Position numbers and translations under genes: made by a program. The notes under the pieces were generated by a model. It did no database searches, was not told the origin of the DNA, and saw only the letters and a list, made by a program, of their open reading frames with translations. A stretch of 64,000 nucleotides of DNA from an uncultured Candidatus Rokubacteria bacterium (GTDB taxonomy: Bacteria; Methylomirabilota; Methylomirabilia; Rokubacteriales; CSP1-6): positions 32,001-96,000 of the forward strand of contig CAVWFS010000018.1 of the NCBI GenBank assembly GCA_963754315.1, in the 5' to 3' direction. Of this stretch, positions 10,601 through 18,819 are shown piece after piece (within the stretch, counting starts at the first letter, position 1; every line of letters begins with the position of its first letter).

Positions 10601-10897
10601 TCAGCCTGGGAGTTCCTTCAGGATCTCCCGGTACTCGGGCTCGGGGAAGGCGCGCATGGTCAAGGTGCGCACGTTGCCGGTCGAGCCCAGGGTCAGGGCC
10701 AGCTTCGCCACCGTCTCGTCGTCGGGCAGGTTGACGACGGCCACCGTGTCGTAGGGTCCGAGGGTCAGGTAGAAGGCCTTCAGCTCGCCCCCCATCTCGG
10801 CGAGCCGCTTCTTGAGCCCGTCCAGGCGGCCGCCGGCTTCCCGGATAGCGCGGATCCCTTGCTCCGTGTAATTGAAGAGAATCATGTAGGTGGGCAT
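10601..10897 (-). CDS. GYD domain protein
   Basis: MPTYMILFNYTEQG...LGPYD...GNVRTLTMRAF. Confidence 0.88.
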   Translation of the reverse strand: MPTYMILFNYTEQGIRAIREAGGRLDGLKKRLAEMGGELKAFYLTLGPYDTVAVVNLPDDETVAKLALTLGSTGNVRTLTMRAFPEPEYREILKELPG

Positions 10898-10901
10898 GGG
10901 C

Positions 10902-11672
10902 TCACACCATCACGTAGCCACCGTTGACGTCGACGGTGGCGCCCGTCATGTGGCGCGCGCCCTCGGAAGCGAGAAAGCGCACCACAGCTGAGATATCTTG
11001 AGGTTCCGCGTAGCGGCCCAGAGGGATGTCCTGGCGCAGGCGCTCGCGCGCCGCCTCGTCCATGATCTCAAAGTTCCGCTCGACCAGGGCTGGCCCCGGC
11101 GCCACCGTGTTCACGAGAATCTTGTACGAAGCGTACTCCTTGGCCAGGTGGCGCGTGAGCCCGAGGACACCAGCCTTGGCCGCGGTGTAATGCACGCCGA
11201 GGGCCGGGCTCGAGGTGCGGCCCGCGTTCGAAGAGAAGTTGATGATGCGGCCCCCGCCCGCCTTCATCATGTGGGGGAGCACGTGCTTGCAGCAGAGGAA
11301 GGTCCCCTTCAGGTTAGAGTCGAGGACCATGTCCCAATCGGCCACCGTCATCTCGTGAGTCTTGCGCCCGAGGGTGTAGCCGCCGGCGGCATTGACGAGG
11401 ACGTCGATGCGCCCGAAGACGCGCACGGTCTGCTCCACCATCTCCTGCACGGACGCTTCGTCCCGGATGTCGCAGATGAGGGCGAGAGCCGTTCCGCCCG
11501 CCGCCGCAATCTCCTCGGCAATGCCCTTGGCCCGCTCGGGCACGAGGTCGACGCAGGCCACCCGCGCGCCCTCCCCCGCAAAATCGAGGGCCACGCGCCG
11601 GGCGATCCCGCGCCCGGCCCCGGTGATGACAATGCTCCGACCCGGATCTGAATTCGTCTTCATGTCAGCCAC
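10902..11672 (-). CDS. SDR oxidoreductase
   Basis: TGAGRGIA, YTAAK; GTG start after GGAGA. Confidence 0.9.
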   Translation of the reverse strand: MADMKTNSDPGRSIVITGAGRGIARRVALDFAGEGARVACVDLVPERAKGIAEEIAAAGGTALALICDIRDEASVQEMVEQTVRVFGRIDVLVNAAGGYTLGRKTHEMTVADWDMVLDSNLKGTFLCCKHVLPHMMKAGGGRIINFSSNAGRTSSPALGVHYTAAKAGVLGLTRHLAKEYASYKILVNTVAPGPALVERNFEIMDEAARERLRQDIPLGRYAEPQDISAVVRFLASEGARHMTGATVDVNGGYVMV

Positions 11673-11736
11673 AGTGTCGTCTCCATGATTGAATTGATCG
11701 CTCCTGAATCCGCTTGGCTCCGCGACAGGTGCCATG

Positions 11737-11801
11737 TCGAGGCGCGCCCGGGGACCCGGGGCGTGTCCGAGCGGGGATGGGGGTGAAGTTGGACCCCCAT
11801 C
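11737..11801 (+). repeat. Two-hairpin REP-like element, intergenic copy
   Basis: TCGAGGCGCGCCCGGGGACCCGGGGCGTGTCCGAGCG...GATGGGGG...CCCCCATC; aligns with reverse complement of 29352-29427. Confidence 0.7.
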
Positions 11802-11804
11802 TTC

Positions 11805-13094
11805 TTAATACCCGAAGAGGCGCGGGATGGCCAGGGGCATCGCCGGCCACAGGGCGGTGACGAGGGTGACGCCGAGGACGGCCGCCACGAACGGCCACAC
11901 TTCTCGATTCGCATCCTGCATTGGAGCTTTGACGATCGACGCGACCACATAGAGGCTGAGCGCGACGGGCGGCGTGAGCAGCGCGGTCTGCACGGTCATG
12001 ACGATAACGAGACCCAGGTGGTGCGGGTCGATGCGATAGGCGGCGGCAGCCGGGGCCAGCACCGGGATGAGCATGATCATGATGGGCACCGCCTCCAGCG
12101 CGGTGCCGAGCACGAACAGGACGGCGATGGTGACGATGAGAAACACGGTGGCGGAGCTCGTCAGCTCCAGTGACCATGCGGCCACCGTCTTGGGCACCTG
12201 GTTGCGGACGAGGATCCACGACACGATGTTCGATGTCCCCAGCAGGAGATAGACGACGGCGCTGGTCTTGGCCCCTGTCATCAGCGACGCCGCAAGATCG
12301 CGAGGGCCGAGGGTGCGCAGGACGAACACGCCCACGAGGACGCCGTAGAGGACGGCCATGGCCCCGGCCTCGGTCGGGGTGAAGACACCGCCGAGGATGC
12401 CGCCGAGAATGATGACCGGCACCATCAGGCCCAGGCCCGCGCCCCGGAACGCGCGCAGGGCCGCGATGAAGGAGAATCGCTGGCCGCTCCGGGGAAATTG
12501 CCGCCGGCGCGCCACCAGAGCGACGAGGGCCATGAGGGCCAGCCCCACCACGACGCCGGGCACGATGCCCATGAGGAAGAGCTTTCCCACCGAGATGCCG
12601 CCCCCGTACACATAGGCGTAGATGAGCATGGCCACGCTCGGGGGAATGATCGGGCCCATGACCGCCCCTCCGGCGATCACGGCCGAGGTGAAACCACCGG
12701 AGTAGCCCTGGCGCACCATGCTTGGCCCCACCATCGAGCCGATGGCGGCGCACTCGGCCAGGGCCACCCCCGTTACCCCGGCGAAGAACATGCTGGTGAG
12801 GATGACGACGAAGGCCAGGCCCCCGCGCAGGTGTCCCACCAGGCTGTTGGCGAAGTGAATGAGCTTGGGCAGGATGCCGCAGCGCTGCATCAGGTCGCCC
12901 GCGATCACGAAGAAGGGAATGGCGAGCAGGGGAAAGGAGTCCATGCCCGCGAACATCAGGGTGGGGAGCACGGCGATCGGCACCACTCCGGAGAGCACGA
13001 TGAATGCGAGCCCTCCAAGCCCGAGACAGAAGGCGATGGGCACGCCGAGAATCAAGGTCACCCCGAACACGGCCACGAGGAGGATGATCAGCAT
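11805..13094 (-). CDS. dctM: TRAP transporter large permease
   Basis: DSFPLLAIPFF, IIPPS, GVFTPTEA, LLTPP. Confidence 0.95.
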   Translation of the reverse strand: MLIILLVAVFGVTLILGVPIAFCLGLGGLAFIVLSGVVPIAVLPTLMFAGMDSFPLLAIPFFVIAGDLMQRCGILPKLIHFANSLVGHLRGGLAFVVILTSMFFAGVTGVALAECAAIGSMVGPSMVRQGYSGGFTSAVIAGGAVMGPIIPPSVAMLIYAYVYGGGISVGKLFLMGIVPGVVVGLALMALVALVARRRQFPRSGQRFSFIAALRAFRGAGLGLMVPVIILGGILGGVFTPTEAGAMAVLYGVLVGVFVLRTLGPRDLAASLMTGAKTSAVVYLLLGTSNIVSWILVRNQVPKTVAAWSLELTSSATVFLIVTIAVLFVLGTALEAVPIMIMLIPVLAPAAAAYRIDPHHLGLVIVMTVQTALLTPPVALSLYVVASIVKAPMQDANREVWPFVAAVLGVTLVTALWPAMPLAIPRLFGY

Positions 13095-13102
13095 CGGATG
13101 CG

Positions 13103-13588
13103 TCAGATCTCGGGCACGGCCGACACGCCGGGTTCTACTTCATCCCACCCGAGGAGGCGAAGCCCGACGACCAGTGCCATGAGGCTGGCCCCGACCGGGA
13201 TCGCGAGATAGAACCAGAAGATCGGAACCTTGATTGTGGTCAGGTGCTGGTCGAGCTGCGCCGGCAGGACCTGGAAGCCGGAGACGGCGAGGACCACCAG
13301 GAACACGAGGGAGAGCAGATCGGCCACGACCGCTACCCGCCGGCGGCCGGCGGCCCCGAGCCAGCCGCTCAGTCCCTCGGCCGCGATGTGGCCACGCTCG
13401 TAGATAACCAGCACCGAGCCGAGGAACGCAACCCAGACCATCAGGTACCGCGACAGCTCCTCGGTCACGACCAGTGACTGGCCGAGCGTGTAGCGCAGGA
13501 CGACCTCGACGATGACGACGATGGCCACCACGGCCATGGCCACCAGGACCAGAGCCTGGAGCGCTCGCGCGAGGGCCCGGACGAGCAT
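13103..13588 (-). CDS. dctQ: TRAP transporter small permease
   Basis: EELSRYLMVW, RGHI; 4 TM segments. Confidence 0.92.
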   Translation of the reverse strand: MLVRALARALQALVLVAMAVVAIVVIVEVVLRYTLGQSLVVTEELSRYLMVWVAFLGSVLVIYERGHIAAEGLSGWLGAAGRRRVAVVADLLSLVFLVVLAVSGFQVLPAQLDQHLTTIKVPIFWFYLAIPVGASLMALVVGLRLLGWDEVEPGVSAVPEI

Positions 13589-13595
13589 GCGCCGC

Positions 13596-14594
13596 TTACT
13601 TGTTCATGGCGAGCCCGATGTCCACGAGCTCCTTGCCCTTGGGGCCAAGATCCGGGAGGGCCTCGGCGTAGATGCGTACCGCGACCTTGCGCAGCTCGGC
13701 GATGGTCGGCTCGTCCACGGCATTGACCTGCATGCCCGTGCCCGCGAGCTTCTTCAGGATCTCCTCGTTGTCGCGCTGGCTCTCCGCCCGCTCCCAGGCC
13801 GCGGTCTTGCGCGCGGCGTTGAGGACGGCGGTCTGGAGATCGGGAGGTAGCTTGGCGAACACGGCCCGGCTCATGAGCACGTTACCCGGCTCGTTCACGT
13901 GCTTGGTGAGCGAGTAGTACTTCTGCACCTCCGGGAGCTTCTCGAAGTAGACGACACCCGGCGGATTCTCCTGTCCGTCGACCACGCCCTGCTGGAGGGC
14001 CGAATAGACCTCGGCCCAGTCCATGGGCACGGGCGAGACACCGAGGGCCCGGAAGAAGGCGATGTGGACTTTGGTAGGCAGGGTCCGGAGCTTCAAGCCC
14101 TTCAGGTCTTCGGCCGCGCGGATGGGCCGCTTGTTGTTGGAGACGTTGCGAAAGCCGTTGTCCCACCACCCCACGACCTTGAAGCCCTTCTCCCACAGGA
14201 GGGGCTCCAGGGTCTGGCCCATGCGGCCATCGAGGGCGGCGAACATCGTGTCGGTGTCCTTCCACAGGTAGGGGAGGACGAGGGTTCCCATCTCCGGCAC
14301 AAAGCGGCTCACGTGGGCCACGCCGCAGAGAACGAAGTCGAGGGTGCCGAGCCGGACCATCTCCAGGCTCTCCCGGGTGGCGCCGATCGCGTTGGAGTGG
14401 AAGACCTGGACGTCAACCTGGCCGTTCGTCGCCTCCGAGACGAGTTGCTTGAATTTCTCCGCGCCTCGCCCCCAGGCGTGATCCTTCGAGTTCGGTGACG
14501 AGAACCGCAGTACGTGCTTGGGCGGCTGGGCGAGGACGTCGCCCGCGAGGAGCGCCACCGCGAGCAGCGCCACGAAACCGAGCTTGTTGCGCAT
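13596..14594 (-). CDS. dctP: TRAP substrate-binding protein
   Basis: NGFR, DLKGLKLR, LQQGVVDGQEN; signal peptide; GGAGG RBS. Confidence 0.95.
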   Translation of the reverse strand: MRNKLGFVALLAVALLAGDVLAQPPKHVLRFSSPNSKDHAWGRGAEKFKQLVSEATNGQVDVQVFHSNAIGATRESLEMVRLGTLDFVLCGVAHVSRFVPEMGTLVLPYLWKDTDTMFAALDGRMGQTLEPLLWEKGFKVVGWWDNGFRNVSNNKRPIRAAEDLKGLKLRTLPTKVHIAFFRALGVSPVPMDWAEVYSALQQGVVDGQENPPGVVYFEKLPEVQKYYSLTKHVNEPGNVLMSRAVFAKLPPDLQTAVLNAARKTAAWERAESQRDNEEILKKLAGTGMQVNAVDEPTIAELRKVAVRIYAEALPDLGPKGKELVDIGLAMNK

Positions 14595-14736
14595 CATGTC
14601 CTCCTGTTCTGACTGCTGTCCTGGGAGATCCGTTCGAGGCGATAGGGAAGCGCGCATGCGTCTGCGCGTTCGACGAGCAGGACCAAGGCGAAGCGGGGAG
14701 CGGTCGCCAGCACCCCGACCCGGAGAGGAACCACCA

Positions 14737-14778
14737 AAGTGGCCTAGTTCTATCACCATCGGTCCACTTGCTGTCAAG
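14737..14778 (-). promoter_or_regulatory. Promoter with overlapping inverted repeat (candidate operator) for the dctPQM operon
   Basis: Minus-strand TTGACA; AAGTGG...CCACTT inverted repeat at 14737-14769. Confidence 0.45.
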
Positions 14779-14797
14779 GGCCCCGGTGGACTGTCGA

Positions 14798-15367
14798 CTA
14801 GCGCACGGGCACCGAGCGAATCGCGGAGATTGCCGCCTCGAATGCACCCTCGGCGCAGAGCCCGCTCGCCGACGCGTCCTCGTAGGCGGCAAGCGCCGCG
14901 TCGATGCACGCGCGCCGCACCGCCTCGCCCACCGTTCGCGCGGACGACTCGGCGCTATGTGGATCTCGTCGGAGCGCGGCGCCGCACTGGCGACACGTCG
15001 ACGGCTCGCGCTCCGACCAGCCCGGCCGCGCGCTCGTCCAGCGGCCGCAGCTCGCGCACTTTCGCGCGCGGTCGTGGTCGACGGCGAGCGCGAACTCGCT
15101 GAACGATCCCTCGACACACCAGCGCCGGAAGCCGGGCATCAAGGTCGTGCGGTGGAACGCGTTCGCGACCCAACGCCGAACGGCGTCGCCGTCGGTCCAG
15201 TACGTCGTGAAGAGGAAGCGGCGCTCGGCCGGCCGCTCCCAGACGGTGGCCTCGAGACAGCCCTCGATCGCACGCGTCTCGTCGAGCGTTCGCTCGAGAT
15301 GCTTTCGTAACTCCGCGTCTCCAGTCTCGGAACACCCGAACTCGGCCAGTACCAGCAGCGGCGTCAT
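14798..15367 (-). CDS. ABM-like domain + CxxC/CxxC zinc ribbon + small helical C-terminal domain
   Basis: IEGCLEATVW...FTTYW...H; CASC...CRQC; AAYEDASASGLCAEGAFEAAISAIR. Confidence 0.65.
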   Translation of the reverse strand: MTPLLVLAEFGCSETGDAELRKHLERTLDETRAIEGCLEATVWERPAERRFLFTTYWTDGDAVRRWVANAFHRTTLMPGFRRWCVEGSFSEFALAVDHDRARKCASCGRWTSARPGWSEREPSTCRQCGAALRRDPHSAESSARTVGEAVRRACIDAALAAYEDASASGLCAEGAFEAAISAIRSVPVR

Positions 15368-15417
15368 GACGATTCTGAGGTCGAGGGCCGCGACGAAGCG
15401 GCTTCGGCAACCTTCGC

Positions 15418-16179
15418 TTAGCGTCCGGCGGTGACGGGTTCGTGCGACTTGAGGAAGCGTCGCGCGTGCGCCACGACTTCGTCGATGTGCGCCGGCGAAT
15501 CCTTCCAGGGATAGATGGTCACCTCGGCGTTCGGAGCGAGGCTGGCCACCTCCATCGCGACCTTGTATGGGTGCGCGGGCACGTCGTCAGGCGCGATCAG
15601 GAGCGGCGTCTGGATGGAGCGTACGAAATCACGCGACACGGTGAACACGAAGTCCGCGCGGTTGGTGTACATGCTGGTCAGGAAGTCATGGACCATGGTC
15701 ATCGTGAGGTCGGGGCGCTTCTCGCAAAGCGCCGGCCCCCAGCCCTTGATGTTGTTCTGGTAGAAAAGGTCCGGGATCTCAGGCCGAAAGCCGCTGGGCT
15801 GCATCATCGCGGCCGCGACGACGCGGTCCGGAGCTCGCCTTATGAGGTTATGGATCATCGGCCCGCCGATGCAGAAGCCCATGACCATGAACTCCCGGAT
15901 GCCAAGGTGGTCCATCAGCCCGAGCTGGTCGTCGGTATAGGCGTCCCAGGGGCGGTCGACCTCCAGCGGGCCGCTGGACTGGCCCGGGTTGGCGTTGCGT
16001 AGGTCAGCGCAAATACAACGGAAGTCGGTCTTGTACCTTTCCATCGGGTCGAACGGCGAGGCGGTCTGCCAGGATGAGAGGGCTGAGTTGAGCCCGCCGC
16101 CCGGGATCAGCAGCAAGGGGAAGCCGGAGCCGACCTCTTCGTAGTGGATGCGGACGGGTCCTCTCTCGTAGAACGGCAT
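15418..16179 (-). CDS. Alpha/beta hydrolase-fold protein with Cys at the nucleophile elbow
   Basis: GSGFPLLLIPGGG, GFCIGG, DDVPAH. Confidence 0.88.
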   Translation of the reverse strand: MPFYERGPVRIHYEEVGSGFPLLLIPGGGLNSALSSWQTASPFDPMERYKTDFRCICADLRNANPGQSSGPLEVDRPWDAYTDDQLGLMDHLGIREFMVMGFCIGGPMIHNLIRRAPDRVVAAAMMQPSGFRPEIPDLFYQNNIKGWGPALCEKRPDLTMTMVHDFLTSMYTNRADFVFTVSRDFVRSIQTPLLIAPDDVPAHPYKVAMEVASLAPNAEVTIYPWKDSPAHIDEVVAHARRFLKSHEPVTAGR

Positions 16180-16318
16180 GGCGATTCTCCTCCCTCAGCG
16201 AGTCGCCGTTACTCTAACGCACGGCGCTGACATTTTCACCCATCGGTCTGGCACTGCGCCGGCGCCGGGCCCAGGGCGCCCGGCGATGCTCCCATGAGCG
16301 CCGCCGGCTTCGGGAGGG

Positions 16319-17233
16319 TTACCGGGGCGCGTCGGGCCGCAGGAACGTGCCTCGGTCGAGCTGCTCGAAGGCGTGCCGGAGTTCCTCCTGCGTATTCATG
16401 ACGATGGGGCCGTACCAGGCAACCGGCTCCTCGAGCGGTTGGCCTGAGACCAGCAGGAACCGGATGCCTTCCTCGCGGGCCTGGACCTCCACCTCCTCAC
16501 CACGATCGAACAGCACGAGGGTGCGGTTGTCCGCGTGAACAGGCGGCTTGGTGTCCGCCCACCCGGAGGACTCGGTCGGTACCGAGAGCGGCCCCGACGC
16601 GTTGCAGAACCTGCCCTCGCCCGCAAATACGTATGCGAACGCGTGGCGCGTCGTCTCCACCGGCAACGTCTTTCTCTTGCCAGCCGGAATGGACACGTCC
16701 AGATAGACGGGCTTCGCCGCGATGTTGTCCACCGGCCCACGCGCGCCCCGATAGCTGCCGCACAGGACCAGTACTTTGGTGCCATCGTCATCGACGGTGA
16801 TGGGCACGGCCGCCGCCTTCACGTCCTGATATCGCGGCGCCGTCATCTTGAGCGACGCGGGGAGGTTCGCCCAGAGCTGGAAGCCGTGCATCCGCCCTTC
16901 CGCATCGCCCGTCGGCATTTCCTGGTGGACGATCCCCCGACCTGCCGTCATCCACTGAATGTCACCCGCCTCGATGCTGCCACGGTTCCCCATACTGTCG
17001 CCATGCTCCACCGTACCTGCGAGGACATAGGTGATCGTTTCTATGCCCCGGTGGGGATGCCACGGGAAGCCGGGGAGATAGTCCTCCGGGCGGTCGTTCC
17101 GGAAGTCGTCGAAGAGGAGAAACGGGTCGAAGTCAGACGTCACGCCGAAGCCGAACGCGCGATGGAGTCGCACACCCGCGCCCTCCAAAGTCGGTTTGGC
17201 CTTCACCAGCCGCTTCACGTGTCGCATCGCCAT
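16319..17233 (-). CDS. Pirin family protein
   Basis: DPFLL, GFPWHPHRGIET, GIVHQE, GPIVMN. Confidence 0.95.
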   Translation of the reverse strand: MAMRHVKRLVKAKPTLEGAGVRLHRAFGFGVTSDFDPFLLFDDFRNDRPEDYLPGFPWHPHRGIETITYVLAGTVEHGDSMGNRGSIEAGDIQWMTAGRGIVHQEMPTGDAEGRMHGFQLWANLPASLKMTAPRYQDVKAAAVPITVDDDGTKVLVLCGSYRGARGPVDNIAAKPVYLDVSIPAGKRKTLPVETTRHAFAYVFAGEGRFCNASGPLSVPTESSGWADTKPPVHADNRTLVLFDRGEEVEVQAREEGIRFLLVSGQPLEEPVAWYGPIVMNTQEELRHAFEQLDRGTFLRPDAPR

Positions 17234-17279
17234 GGTTCGCTCGACTATCCCCGCGCCCGCGCTGACCGTGCCCGCCTCG

Positions 17280-17720
17280 TCATGTCGATCCGCCCGTCTT
17301 GGTGTAGTCCACGGTCAGCCATCGCTCCGGACGCATGCGTACGACCATGTTATCAGTGTGCTCCTCCCGGGTGGCCGTGATGTAGGCGTCGCCCCCTTGG
17401 GCGCCAAGGTACCGGCGCGCCAGCGGTCGGAGATCCCGCTCGAGATCAGCCGCCTCGATAGCGGTGATAGGCCCCTCCACGCTGACGTACTTGTAGGGCG
17501 GTGTCTCCGTCTGGGCGCACAGGCTGAATCTGCCCGCCCGCTGGAGCAATTGCCCCTTTCGAGACGTCCGACTGGTGACCAATCGAAGTTCTCCCCCCGA
17601 GTCGTAGGCGTACCAGACAGGGACGGTGAGGGGCCCTCGTCCCTCCTCGGGGATGCTGATGACCCCCACGTGCAGATCAGACAGAAACGATTCCCGCTCA
17701 TGCATCGTCATTGGGGGCAT
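17280..17720 (-). CDS. Pyridoxamine 5'-phosphate oxidase-like (split-barrel) protein
   Basis: GPLTVPVWY, SRKG, PPYKYVSVEG, RPERWLTVDY; GGAGGAG RBS. Confidence 0.88.
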   Translation of the reverse strand: MPPMTMHERESFLSDLHVGVISIPEEGRGPLTVPVWYAYDSGGELRLVTSRTSRKGQLLQRAGRFSLCAQTETPPYKYVSVEGPITAIEAADLERDLRPLARRYLGAQGGDAYITATREEHTDNMVVRMRPERWLTVDYTKTGGST

Positions 17721-17891
17721 CACGGCTCCTCCCTCGTGCTGCACAATGTGCCAGGTCGCTGACGATTCGACCATGGGCGACCCAGGCGCCGCCGTCAACC
17801 CGACCGCCACGGTTGATCCGTCCCCAGAGTGGTTGCTGGGGTGGCGATCGATGATAAAAGATGCAGCATCATATCCCGCGGGGAGGGTCCC

Positions 17892-18770
17892 ATGGCCACG
17901 GGCCGTGTCCACATTGCCGCGCCTCGTTCCGTCACATCAGCCGCTCTGGTGCGCAGCATCGCCGTATCTTCGACACTGCTACCTGTGCTCATCCAGGCCG
18001 TGCTTCTTGGTGGCTGCGCGTCTGGCCAGACGCTCGCCTACGGCGACATCGTGGCTCGCGTCGATGCAACCGGCGCAGCTCCCGTCGCGGTTGCGGCCCA
18101 TGACCAACGAAAGCTCATTACCTCTGGACAGGAGAATCCCACGTTTGTCGGCAAGATCCGATCCCAGCACCACATCGCGGGCGTCAACACGGCCAGCGGC
18201 AAGCCCCTTGGTGATGACCTCACGACCGTCCTGGCGACATCGCTTGCCGCCAAGGGGTTCAAGGCGATCCCGGTCGTCGTCTCGCATTCCGAGAGCCCCG
18301 AAGGTGTTGCCCAAAGGATGGCGCTCATGCGAGTCGACCGAGACGTCGTGCTCACGGTCGCGGAGTGGAGGACCGACACCTACTTCAAGACCCAGCTCTT
18401 CTACGAGCTCGACCTCAAGGTGTTGGATTCGAGCGGTAAGGTTCTCGCGCAACGGCGCCTGGCTGGTCACGAGGACGAGATGAGTGGTAGCGCCCGCGAC
18501 GTGTTCCGCCAGAAACTCGAGCAGTTGATCAACGATCCCGAGGTGACGCAAGCTCTGACCTTCAGCGCATCCCCAGCGGCCGTCCAACCCGCGGCGCCGC
18601 CACAGCCCGCGCCACCGCCTCCGCCAGCCGCCAGCGGCCCACCGCCGGCAGTGCCCATCAGTCCCGATGTGGCCACTCAGCTACAGAAGCTGAAGGAGCT
18701 CTATGAGAAGGGCCTCGTCACCGAGGATGTGTACAAGGAGAAGATGCGGGAGATCCTGAACAAGCTGTGA
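17892..18770 (+). CDS. Putative YajG-like lipoprotein with Pro-rich linker and SHOCT domain
   Basis: LLGGC lipobox; VAAHDQR; PPPPP linker; LQKLKELYEKGLVTEDVYKEK. Confidence 0.75.
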   Translation: MATGRVHIAAPRSVTSAALVRSIAVSSTLLPVLIQAVLLGGCASGQTLAYGDIVARVDATGAAPVAVAAHDQRKLITSGQENPTFVGKIRSQHHIAGVNTASGKPLGDDLTTVLATSLAAKGFKAIPVVVSHSESPEGVAQRMALMRVDRDVVLTVAEWRTDTYFKTQLFYELDLKVLDSSGKVLAQRRLAGHEDEMSGSARDVFRQKLEQLINDPEVTQALTFSASPAAVQPAAPPQPAPPPPPAASGPPPAVPISPDVATQLQKLKELYEKGLVTEDVYKEKMREILNKL

Positions 18771-18819
18771 GTTCACGCCTGGGGTCTCCCTGCTGTGGAG
18801 TTGACGTCAACAGCGCAGG

